IMG/VR virus record: IMGVR_UViG_3300027865_000006
Length of the DNA: 64,000 nucleotides
Strand: one strand, 5' to 3'
Source of the DNA: an uncultured virus (IMG/VR IMGVR_UViG_3300027865_000006)
Lineage: Duplodnaviria > Heunggongvirae > Uroviricota > Caudoviricetes
Shown: in pieces, positions 19,293-27,709 of the stretch
Position numbering within the stretch: position 1 is the stretch's first letter
Layout of the letters: each line of letters starts with the position of its first letter
The notes under the pieces: generated by a model
Databases searched by the model: none
What the model was told of the DNA's origin: nothing
What the model saw: only the letters and a program-made list of their open reading frames with translations
Position numbers and translations under genes: made by a program

Positions 19293-19577
19293 CTAAGCCC
19301 TTTCTACCGAGAGACCGACCAAGGATACGCTTTCAGAAACTGCCCAGAGCTCCTCGCCGACCTCGAGGGTGATAGGGATGGGCATGATTCCCCCAGCAGG
19401 ATCAGGTAGTGGTGTGCCTAGTGCCGGTGTGCAGTCTTTCTGCGCAGTAGCCACGTACACTTGATCTGACTTAGAGTGACGTCCTACGAAAGTTGCCGTC
19501 CATAGCCAGATTTTCAGCCGGAACGGAGCTTTGTAAAGCATTTGTGAATCTGAACTCAAATTGCATCTAGAGAGCAT
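19293..19577 (-). CDS. Small beta-rich putative capsid-associated protein
   Basis: ITLEVGEELWAVS...VGLSVE pattern; follows the capsid-like cluster. Confidence 0.5.
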   Translation of the reverse strand: MLSRCNLSSDSQMLYKAPFRLKIWLWTATFVGRHSKSDQVYVATAQKDCTPALGTPLPDPAGGIMPIPITLEVGEELWAVSESVSLVGLSVERA

Positions 19578-20616
19578 CTTCTGGTACCTCCTGCCAGCCC
19601 TTCACAGCACACCAGAAGACTTGTTCTGTTGCGTTGTTGTCACCGGATGCTGGTGCCCAAGGGACGTAACATTCCATGTCCATTCTATCTTGAGGATTCA
19701 GAATGTACGGAGTCACTGGTCTGTGCACTACTACGTTGTTTCGCTGTCCCAATGACCACTCTGCGGCACTTCCGGATTGGATACACGGAGACTGGTCAAT
19801 CAACAGGCTCAAAGGGGTAAACGGGTCGTCAGTCCATTTGGGGCCTTGAGGCGAAGTTACTTTGGCTACGATGTTGTGCCAGTAGTTACCATAGGAAGCA
19901 TTCCCGATGAAATCAGCATCGATGTTGACTGTAATGTCGCGCATCCACATGTTGCGGATACCTTGACCACTGTCACCTTGAAGAATGAACTCGTTACCTT
20001 GCTTAGAGCCGGCACTATTGGCGTTCCCGCGTTCGGAGAAACGTGCCAATGGTGTACCATTGTGTGGATCACAACCTCTAATACCAACTTGCGCCGTCGG
20101 TACCGCGTCCACACCTACTCCATACAGCCCATCCAAATCCACCTGGAAGAACGCGGTGGAAGGTAGAAAGTAGTCTGCCGGCAAGGTGATGCTAGCCCCA
20201 GCATTCGACATTTCCTGCCCGTAGAAAGGCACTGTGTCGAGTGCTGTGATGGGCAGCAAATCGGCAACTATTTGACCAAGCGTTGGAGTACTAAATTTTA
20301 CCCCTATTTTACGTAGAGTATCTTGCTCGGCCTCGAGGATAGTATGTGCCGCTGTGAAGTACTCGTGCACAAACCAGCGAATCTCGGTGATATGAATCGG
20401 CCAGCTATGGGGATTGTTGAACAGTGGTGCTCGCCCTACATCGTACTGATTACGAGGCGCAGCACCACGAAAACGGAAAGTATCCCCAGTGGTGAGCGGA
20501 TTAGTCGCCGTCACGAAACGGTGCATTCCGGATTGCCACCAGGGAAAGCGACGAGCAACCTTATTGCCCGCAGGGGCAGTTGTAAGGCTAAACGGGTCTG
20601 TGCATCGATTACTCAT
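19567..20616 (-). CDS. Putative minor capsid protein with two jelly-roll-like halves
   Basis: Internal duplication: LPADYFLP...VGIRG and PVTPYILNP...CAVKGWQEV. Confidence 0.5.
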   Translation of the reverse strand: MSNRCTDPFSLTTAPAGNKVARRFPWWQSGMHRFVTATNPLTTGDTFRFRGAAPRNQYDVGRAPLFNNPHSWPIHITEIRWFVHEYFTAAHTILEAEQDTLRKIGVKFSTPTLGQIVADLLPITALDTVPFYGQEMSNAGASITLPADYFLPSTAFFQVDLDGLYGVGVDAVPTAQVGIRGCDPHNGTPLARFSERGNANSAGSKQGNEFILQGDSGQGIRNMWMRDITVNIDADFIGNASYGNYWHNIVAKVTSPQGPKWTDDPFTPLSLLIDQSPCIQSGSAAEWSLGQRNNVVVHRPVTPYILNPQDRMDMECYVPWAPASGDNNATEQVFWCAVKGWQEVPEDAL

Positions 20617-21484
20617 CGCTTACCTCTACACAACCGCGAACGGTTAGTATGAACTCTACGGCTGAAGAATCTCGATTCTCAAACTCCACTACGATGGGAG
20701 AATGGGCTCGAGTAGTCCAACCGCGTTCGGGGCCTAGTTCAATTAGGCTGTTTGGAGGGTCAATCCAACATCCTATTTGCTCAGCCGCTGTGGTGGTTGT
20801 AGCTGGAGCTATAATCCGCTGAATCCAGGACTGTCCATTGACTCCGTAAACCTCGATACCCAAAGGCACCGTAGTCGCTGGATTGAAATCCTTATGGTAC
20901 CAATTATGATGGCTCACTCCGTAAATCCTTACGGGCGAATCCGCTGGGCAAGCCAGGAAAGTACCAGTCAAGTCGCGCTCTACTCCAGGAGCTACACGCT
21001 CGTGTTGAGCCGCATGTAGCAACACTGGTTGACCGTCCTTCTCACGAACACCGTTGAAGACAATGCCCGTCCAGACTGCAGGAACGCCACCAGAAGCGGG
21101 AGTATTTCCACCCTGAATAGTGCGGCAATGCAGCTTTTGTCCTGGATAAACGGTGTACGGTCGAAGGAACGTCCACGCCGCTGACATGGGTCTGCCTTGG
21201 TTGGTGAAACAACCAACCGGAAGGGGCCTATCAATCAGATAGCCACGGTTTTTCAGGCCGTAGCGCATGAAGACAGTGTTTATGAAACCATCATCAGTAG
21301 CTGGTGCGTTGAAAGCATTGTACAGGTCAGGAAACCAGACGTTCATGTCCTGATAAATGACCTTACCTTCAGGTTCACGTGAACCCATCGCCAAGGAGCT
21401 GATCTTGGTGGCTCGAGTTGAATTTGCAGCCAAATAGAACACTTCGCGTGCTGCAAAGGGCAAGTAATTTTTTGCGTGGGCCAT
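20609..21484 (-). CDS. Putative minor capsid protein with two jelly-roll-like halves
   Basis: FLRPYTVYPGQKL...IVFNGVR and ...IVVEFEN...LTVRGCVEV. Confidence 0.5.
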   Translation of the reverse strand: MAHAKNYLPFAAREVFYLAANSTRATKISSLAMGSREPEGKVIYQDMNVWFPDLYNAFNAPATDDGFINTVFMRYGLKNRGYLIDRPLPVGCFTNQGRPMSAAWTFLRPYTVYPGQKLHCRTIQGGNTPASGGVPAVWTGIVFNGVREKDGQPVLLHAAQHERVAPGVERDLTGTFLACPADSPVRIYGVSHHNWYHKDFNPATTVPLGIEVYGVNGQSWIQRIIAPATTTTAAEQIGCWIDPPNSLIELGPERGWTTRAHSPIVVEFENRDSSAVEFILTVRGCVEVSDE

Positions 21485-22404
21485 CAGCTAACCTCCAACA
21501 AACTGAACAAGCAAATGGTGATTGTTTGATCCCCATTCGGCGCTACAGTCTCATTCAAGTTCTTGATACGGATAGTCAGACGTTGACGAGGCTTGAGCTT
21601 CGTCCCTGTGGGAAATGTATAAGCCTTGGGGCCTTCGTCCCAGAGGTCATGAGAGCCTCTGTTGAAAGGTGCTATATTACCCGCCGGAATCAATTCGTCC
21701 TGGGGCATCCAAGGAATGTCATTGTTTGGATTGATTCTCCACGCAGTCTTGTTCATTTGAGGCCAAAAATGCGTACTTGGTGTCGGATTCAGAGTTACAG
21801 AACTGGGCTTAATTAACATCTCTTTGAGATACATTGAGGCTTTACCCGAGTTGAATAGATCCGATTGATCGATATTCATACTGGTCGGGTAAGCCAAAGT
21901 GCCGTTCACAAACCCGGCAATCTGCGCAGGCTCGTATTCCCCTCGTCCTTCATCCCGAACACCGTTGACTACCAAACTCGGGTAGTAAGCACTGAGGAGC
22001 GTATCAAGTGTCTGCACTTGTGTGACCAGACCTGAATCTGGGGCCAATTTGTACTCTATGGGGAAACGGAATCTAATAGCATCGTCATAAGGTGCTGAGC
22101 ACTGACGACGAAATTCATTAGAAGCGAAAAACGCTTCGGTAGTTCCAGCAACCAGATTGATTTCACCTTCTTGAGATAATCCTAGTTCCCAAGCCAATCT
22201 ACGACCTACGCCACCGCTTTTAGCATTATCGCTAGTTTCAGCGGTAGTTAGATTTACGTCACCCGTCACCGACAACCAGTGAAGTTGTGCAGGCCATACA
22301 TCAGTATTAGCAAATATGGCGGGAGACGCTAGAACAGTGGTATTCGCGGGTATGACTAGCGTCTGTGCGACCCAACGAGGTACATACCGAATTTTAGGTT
22401 TCAT
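21484..22404 (-). CDS. Putative minor capsid protein with two jelly-roll-like halves
   Basis: FPIEYKLAP...LVVNGVR and FPTGTKLKP...ICLFSLLEV. Confidence 0.5.
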   Translation of the reverse strand: MKPKIRYVPRWVAQTLVIPANTTVLASPAIFANTDVWPAQLHWLSVTGDVNLTTAETSDNAKSGGVGRRLAWELGLSQEGEINLVAGTTEAFFASNEFRRQCSAPYDDAIRFRFPIEYKLAPDSGLVTQVQTLDTLLSAYYPSLVVNGVRDEGRGEYEPAQIAGFVNGTLAYPTSMNIDQSDLFNSGKASMYLKEMLIKPSSVTLNPTPSTHFWPQMNKTAWRINPNNDIPWMPQDELIPAGNIAPFNRGSHDLWDEGPKAYTFPTGTKLKPRQRLTIRIKNLNETVAPNGDQTITICLFSLLEVS

Positions 22405-22437
22405 CGTTTACTCCTTGGGTGCTCTTTGTCCGCTCTG

Positions 22438-22471
22438 TAAAAAGGCGGAACCCTCGATGGAGAGTTCCGCC
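22438..22471 (-). terminator. Rho-independent terminator after the putative major capsid gene
   Basis: Minus strand GGCGGAACTCTC-CATC-GAGGGTTCCGCC followed by a T-tract. Confidence 0.85.
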
Positions 22472-22497
22472 ATCGGGCAGAAAGGACGAAGTGAGGA

Positions 22498-24120
22498 CTA
22501 GCCTACTGGACGCTGACGAGGACCGTTCAAGGTCACTGTCAAACCGAAGTCGCCTTTGGTTCCAGCTACGTTGTCAGTCCAGTTCGGCAGTGCGCCACGT
22601 GGGAACTTGAAGATCCCTTGGAATTGCTCGAGAGCTCCGATGTGGATCGGCATAGCCAATCTACGAGCAGCGTGCATTCCTGGCTCGCCATTGTTGATGC
22701 AGTATCCGGATTGCGTGGGAGTTCCAGCTTCTTCCGAATTGATCAGGTCGAGACCACCACCACTTGGGAAGCGATCGATCGGGCCTTCTGCGTAGGGCTT
22801 AACACCTTCAACCACGAGGTTGAAATAGATGTTGGATTTGATGGTATTCCATTTACGGATACCCTCGGAAACGAAGACTTGCTGGTAGCCAGATTCGTCG
22901 ACGTTGTGCACAAGACCCTTGGCCGCAGTGTTTGTTTTCGCTTCATCAAACAGAATTTGAATCGAGAAAACCACCATCTGGTGACGCAAGGGAAGAGCTC
23001 CGGCTGTGGGCATGTTGGTGTCCATAACCGTTGCGCGACCATTGGAAGCTCCACCGGGCAGCTCTTGGCTGACGGTGTAGTTGAACAGAGTGACCTCTTG
23101 GGCATTCGTGTTCAAAATTTCTGCACGCGAAGTGAGCTGATAGTCCTTAGACTCACTATGCTCGCGTTATGTTTTCGTGGAGCTCTTTATCTCCACTCTC
23201 GATTTTCACCGAGGATCGGACTATATCGTCACCGCTAGCTGCTTGCTTAAGAGCTAGTACGGTGCTGGGCACTCGTGCCAAATAAGAAGGGCGGACATAC
23301 TTCATATCCACCTTGTAAACCATTTCTGGGATTACATATTCACTGATGATACCTGTGAGCTGATTTAAGGCTTTCGCATTGAAAAACAACCGATACCGCC
23401 CTTTATGCTCACCTACCAGAGTATTGACGCCGTATTTAGTCAAGAACCAATCTTGAACTAATAAAGCCTCTTCGTGAGTACTGTACAAACTTAGGACACC
23501 TTGCCGTCCATGAACCCGTCCATCACGCTTTCGCATGTATAAACTACCGTCATCCATCCACCACAGAGCCAAAGCTCTATCAGTAAGATGATCAAGGATT
23601 TGAGAGGTAATTTTTTTCTTACCTGCTGAATACAGTCGCTTACGAATAACTCTGAAGTACTTATCACTCTTTCTGAAAATTATCCCAGGATGCCCATTAT
23701 TGTCGATGTCGGCAACTTTAGGCAGTTTACCTCCGAGAACTCTATGCACGAGGTTAGCCTTATACTCGGCATAAGCACGTTGACGCGCAGCGTGCTTAAT
23801 AACCAGTGTGGCTGTTGGTAGACTATCAGGATACCGTTTATCCCGCTGAAGATGGATATATCCATCTCCTAGTGCTAGTCCTACCAAAATACCTCGTGAT
23901 TCTCGATTCATTTTTCCTTCTTACCTAGTAGTCTCTGAACCTTCCGTCTCCCGACGGCTTGGCTGCTGATTGGCATAGAATTCATTATTCCTTAGCTTTC
24001 CAGCAATTCACCCAGTTATCCCTATCGCGTTGCCGCGAAGGGGGGCAACTATTTTTTACCCCAGTCGGACATTGTGAACGAAGAGCCATCGGGAAGAGTT
24101 ACGGTTCTTACTGAAGCCAT
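22498..24120 (-). CDS. Putative single jelly-roll major capsid protein, spliced join(24120..24058, 23145..22498), 236 aa
   Basis: AGGAG RBS; exon 1 MASVRTVTLPDGSSFTMSDWG joins in frame to DYQLTSRAEILNTNAQEVTLF...; beta-rich; followed by a terminator and paralog-like genes. The capsid role is inference. Confidence 0.6.
23146..24057 (-). ncRNA. Group I self-splicing intron (912 nt)
   Basis: Exon ends GGGGU and pairs with GCCCC (P1, U-G); AUAGUU pairs with 3' exon GACUAU (P10); core elements GAAUUGCUGGAAA, AAUCAGCAGCC, GUUCAGAGACUA, GAUAUAGUCC; terminal G at 23146. Confidence 0.93.
23156..23911 (-). CDS. Intron-encoded LAGLIDADG homing endonuclease
   Basis: GLALGDGYI and LALWWMDDGS motifs; lies inside the intron. 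Confidence 0.92.
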   Translation of the reverse strand: MNRESRGILVGLALGDGYIHLQRDKRYPDSLPTATLVIKHAARQRAYAEYKANLVHRVLGGKLPKVADIDNNGHPGIIFRKSDKYFRVIRKRLYSAGKKKITSQILDHLTDRALALWWMDDGSLYMRKRDGRVHGRQGVLSLYSTHEEALLVQDWFLTKYGVNTLVGEHKGRYRLFFNAKALNQLTGIISEYVIPEMVYKVDMKYVRPSYLARVPSTVLALKQAASGDDIVRSSVKIESGDKELHENITRA

Positions 24121-24197
24121 GATATTTTCTCCTACTTAGTGTCGCTTACGACAGTTGTGTTTGGCTCTCCTCAGAGCCGGTTTAGTTGCTCAATCAG

Positions 24198-24707
24198 CTA
24201 GATCACTTGACCGTAGGCTGAGAGGTCTGCCTGGTGGTACACGGCCTGTGGAGCCGAGCCAGCATCCATTACCTGGGGCAGATTTCCAACGGGTTGAATT
24301 GTGAGACCAGCGTAGTCACCACAGCCCGAGAGTTGATCCACTACAGACGGAATGAACTGGAGCCCCACACCGAGAACCGCCGACGACACTGCGCCAGAGA
24401 TCATGGACGTGGAATCTTTTGCATAGAACAAAGGAATGCTGCACAGGATTCCAAAGAGCCCACCGAAGAGCCCTGAGTATTCCTGAACTACCCAGTGAAT
24501 CTTGCTACCAAACTTGTTGGCCAAGTAGACACCGGCTGTGGTTGCGATGAGGCCGACACCTGGACCGATAAAGTCGTCCATGCCGATATTTCCTAGTCCA
24601 GAGATAGGCTCTGGAACTACGAGTCCTGTGACATTCCCGTTTTCGGCGGGAATAAGGGCTAGGTCCATTGTGCTCCCGTCAATGCGGGAGACGTTCTCTT
24701 TAGACAT
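24198..24707 (-). CDS. Multi-TM membrane protein upstream of the capsid gene
   Basis: Three hydrophobic segments; AAGGAG RBS before MSKEN. Confidence 0.7.
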   Translation of the reverse strand: MSKENVSRIDGSTMDLALIPAENGNVTGLVVPEPISGLGNIGMDDFIGPGVGLIATTAGVYLANKFGSKIHWVVQEYSGLFGGLFGILCSIPLFYAKDSTSMISGAVSSAVLGVGLQFIPSVVDQLSGCGDYAGLTIQPVGNLPQVMDAGSAPQAVYHQADLSAYGQVI

Positions 24708-24751
24708 AGTGGTCTCCTTAGTGACGGGTGCACACCCGTCATGGTTTAGGG

Positions 24752-24889
24752 TTACTTGGCTACGCATTTGCCATTGGTCTTTCGAGTGAAAGCGGTTTTA
24801 CCGTTCACACGGCAGACACAGGCCCCATTCGCAAGTTTCTTGCAGGTGCCTTCGCGTACTTTCCCGACTTTTTTTGTTCTCTTGCTCAT
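24752..24889 (-). CDS. Small basic Cys-rich protein (45 aa, not in ORF track)
   Basis: Hand translation MSKRTKKVGKVREGTCKKLANGACVCRVNGKTAFTRKTNGKCVAK. Confidence 0.6.
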   Translation of the reverse strand: MSKRTKKVGKVREGTCKKLANGACVCRVNGKTAFTRKTNGKCVAK

Positions 24890-24901
24890 GGGGCTGTTAC
24901 C

Positions 24902-25033
24902 TTATCTACGGCGCTTGCGTGTTTTTTTGGCTTTTGTCTTGAGACAACGGCTAGAGCTTTTTGGCCCGAAGGAGGCACAACGCATTTTTCCACGGACTTT
25001 CTTGCGACGGATACAACATTTTTTAGCGGCCAT
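24902..25033 (-). CDS. Protamine-like basic Cys-rich protein (43 aa, not in ORF track)
   Basis: Hand translation MAAKKCCIRRKKVRGKMRCASFGPKSSSRCLKTKAKKTRKRRR. Confidence 0.6.
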   Translation of the reverse strand: MAAKKCCIRRKKVRGKMRCASFGPKSSSRCLKTKAKKTRKRRR

Positions 25034-25035
25034 TT

Positions 25036-25428
25036 TCATGAGCCTTTCTTGCGGTTTTTTGATTGACCGCATGCAGAATGGGGAAGAATTTGAGTGTTGT
25101 CACCTTGGCGACAGCGGCAGAATTTCTTACCCAATTTACCAGTAACCCAAACGGGGGTTTTACAGCTTTTCACAGTGGGCTTTTTGGCCCCAGTTTTTAC
25201 TGTGGAGCCTTTAGGACGCCCACGCCCTCTGCGTCTCGGAGCAGGCAATTCTCTAACCGGCTGCTCACGAACGGATACTTTAGAAGCGACTGCTTTGAGG
25301 TCTTCTTTGCATATGGGGACTTCTTCTCCAAGGATCGGCGAGTACACCATCACGGTCTCATTGCAGCGAGACTTACGCCTGGGAAGGGATTCGCTGGAGA
25401 GACCTTCAAGTGTGATGACTCGTGCCAT
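25036..25428 (-). CDS. Basic protein with AT-hook-like motif
   Basis: PRRRGRGRPKGS; CRC motif; Lys-rich. Confidence 0.65.
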   Translation of the reverse strand: MARVITLEGLSSESLPRRKSRCNETVMVYSPILGEEVPICKEDLKAVASKVSVREQPVRELPAPRRRGRGRPKGSTVKTGAKKPTVKSCKTPVWVTGKLGKKFCRCRQGDNTQILPHSACGQSKNRKKGS

Positions 25429-25430
25429 GG

Positions 25431-25814
25431 TTATTTAGCTCCCATGAAGTAATGCGTAGCGATACCGGCAGCTACAGCGATGAAAGTGATGGTACCGTGT
25501 ACCCAGGCTTTTTTAGTCTTAGGCGACATCTACTTAATCCCTTTCGAAACTACGAACCATGTGGTCAAAGAAGCCAAACCAAGAACCGCCATACCGATCA
25601 TGAAAGTGGAACCCATTTGCTTTAGGATGCGCTCGGATTCCGCGCCACTGGTGACGGTTATGGTCTGTGAACTTCTCATCTACTTGCGATCCCGCCAGTA
25701 AAGAAGCCCTACTAGGCCCAACGCTAGGCCGACCATGACCACATACTCCACATTGGATTTAGTGGCTGAGTCAGCGTAAGCACCCACGTGAATAGGTCGT
25801 AATCGATTAAGCAT
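25431..25814 (-). CDS. Three tandem tiny single-TM proteins (25680-25814, 25530-25679, 25431-25529)
   Basis: Hand translations of 44, 49 and 32 aa, each with one hydrophobic helix and abutting stop/start codons. Confidence 0.55.
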
Positions 25815-27700
25815 TATTTGGCCTTCCCACTCATGAACAACATTCCGCCAGCGATGGCGGTCAAAGTCACGGCACCACCGATGATCCAAGGATTAATCGG
25901 AGGCTCACTGCCGTAACCAGAGCTGTCTTTAGTGATGTCGTCATAAGTGTCCATGAGGCCGTCACCGCCACCAGTCGTGGCCATGCCGGTATCGTCGACG
26001 TAGCTTGAACTATCGTCGTAAATCGAGCCTGAACCTGCGCCTGTTACATCACGGCCTGTTGTGGCCAGTGAAGTGGCTTTAGTCAGCATAGCTGCTTGTT
26101 GCCTGAAGCCTCGAATAGCTTGTCTACGCTGCGCCGGAGTCATGGACATCCACGCTTTTTGCGCTTGGATGAGACGATTGCGCAGTTGGTTTTTCTGCGC
26201 GGGGGTCAGCCTTGCAGTCGCCTTGTTCCAGGCTGCAGTGAGTTGGGCCATAATCCTGGCCTTCTCCTGCTCTTGGAACTGACTTGCAGCGACAGTAGCT
26301 TGCGCATTCTGGTTGCCGTTTTGAGCGTCAGCGGCTGCTTGCAGTGCGTCAGTATCGCCACCGTTTGAAGAGGCGGTAGCACCGCTTGAAACTGCGGGGG
26401 AGAATACGGATGCTTGCCCGCCAGTGACTTTTTGCGCAGCTTGTCTTTGACGAGTCGCGTAAACAACAAGCTGCTGCCTGAAGTTCTTAACTACGTTCTG
26501 ACGCTGCATCGGAGTCATTTTGCTCCAACGAGCATGCATGCGCTTGAGGGCAGCTTGAGCCTTTTTCTGCTGGCTAGGAGTCAATTGATTCCAAACTGCT
26601 TGAAGCTGCTGCCTCAATTGATCCATAACCATTTTCATTTGCCGCTGAGCTTCCGCTCCGCGCTGCGCATTCACTGTATTTGCTTGCCCTTGAGAGTCCT
26701 CATAATTGGACTGCGAGGGGTGACTAGTCGCATTAGGCTTCCGAGCGTTCGCATTTGCTTCGCGATGACGCTGGGCTGCGAGTGCTACGAAAGCAGAAGG
26801 AACGGCAGCTTCTTGAGCTTGCTTTTGCTGCAGCGCCCTCGAGGGCATTTCGCGCTTGGCTTGTGCCTGCTGCCTGGCGTATTCCTCACGATTCATCGCA
26901 CTAGGGATTCCACGTTTCTTGGGCGCGGGAAGACTTGGATTGCGGAGACCTGCACTGCGCCTATTGGCTGCGCGAGTTGCAGCGGCAAATTGCTTTGCGT
27001 TCATCTTGCGCATCGCTTTTTTGCCTAGCTTTGCGCGAGTAGGCAGTCTTGGCGGAACATAGCCTGTAGCCTCGACAACCAAACCGGCGAATCCGCCAGA
27101 TCCAGCAATCTCAACACCTTCGTTCAGCCCTGCTACCGCTCCCATGGGAAGCGATTGCAAAGCTTCAGGCCCCAAGTCGGACAAGGCTTGCGCCAATGAC
27201 GAACGAGAGGCTTTATCCATGCCCGTCGCAGCTCTATCGAAGGTCGCTTCGATGTCAGCGCCGTCAAGTGTTTGCCCTGCTTCGAATTGCGCGTCACCAT
27301 GGTACCTCATCGCCTGACCCACGGTGCTAGGATCGCCCGTGAAACGCATACCTTTAACGTTACTCACCTGATCATCCCGAGAGACGTCATTGTACTGTAC
27401 GTTAGTTCGGTCAACGAGCTTGGAGACATCATCACTTTGAGAAAGAGCAGTCTCTCTCTTTAGCTTGGCAACCATCTTGGCAGTCTGCTGACTAGCAAAT
27501 GCCAACGGGTCCATCTCGTCGCTGTACACTTCAGGCTCGCCGCCAATGTCTTGCATGTCATTGGAGCCCATTACGGAGCGCCCGATGGTTCCAAGGTTCT
27601 GACGAGTCAAAGGCTTATAGTTTGGTTCGCCCTCGTTAGTGACTTGCGTAGCCATAACTTGGAATTCTGCTGGAAGCACTGACGTATAGGCTCTACCCAT
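25814..27700 (-). CDS. Gln/Ala-rich helical protein with internal repeat and C-terminal TM
   Basis: Two copies of W..LTP.Q...W..MTP.QR...FRQQ; ends PWIIGGAVTLTAIAGGMLFMSGKAK. Confidence 0.7.
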   Translation of the reverse strand: MGRAYTSVLPAEFQVMATQVTNEGEPNYKPLTRQNLGTIGRSVMGSNDMQDIGGEPEVYSDEMDPLAFASQQTAKMVAKLKRETALSQSDDVSKLVDRTNVQYNDVSRDDQVSNVKGMRFTGDPSTVGQAMRYHGDAQFEAGQTLDGADIEATFDRAATGMDKASRSSLAQALSDLGPEALQSLPMGAVAGLNEGVEIAGSGGFAGLVVEATGYVPPRLPTRAKLGKKAMRKMNAKQFAAATRAANRRSAGLRNPSLPAPKKRGIPSAMNREEYARQQAQAKREMPSRALQQKQAQEAAVPSAFVALAAQRHREANANARKPNATSHPSQSNYEDSQGQANTVNAQRGAEAQRQMKMVMDQLRQQLQAVWNQLTPSQQKKAQAALKRMHARWSKMTPMQRQNVVKNFRQQLVVYATRQRQAAQKVTGGQASVFSPAVSSGATASSNGGDTDALQAAADAQNGNQNAQATVAASQFQEQEKARIMAQLTAAWNKATARLTPAQKNQLRNRLIQAQKAWMSMTPAQRRQAIRGFRQQAAMLTKATSLATTGRDVTGAGSGSIYDDSSSYVDDTGMATTGGGDGLMDTYDDITKDSSGYGSEPPINPWIIGGAVTLTAIAGGMLFMSGKAK

Positions 27701-27709
27701 AATGGTCTC

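Noticed and set aside
23156..23911. LAGLIDADG ORF as an intein or free-standing endonuclease
   Set aside because: It has its own start and stop, no intein splice residues, and lies within a complete group I intron core
22618..27028. Long antisense ORFs such as 22618-23238 and 26414-27028 on the plus strand
   Set aside because: Shadow frames opposite well-supported genes, without RBS or recognisable motifs
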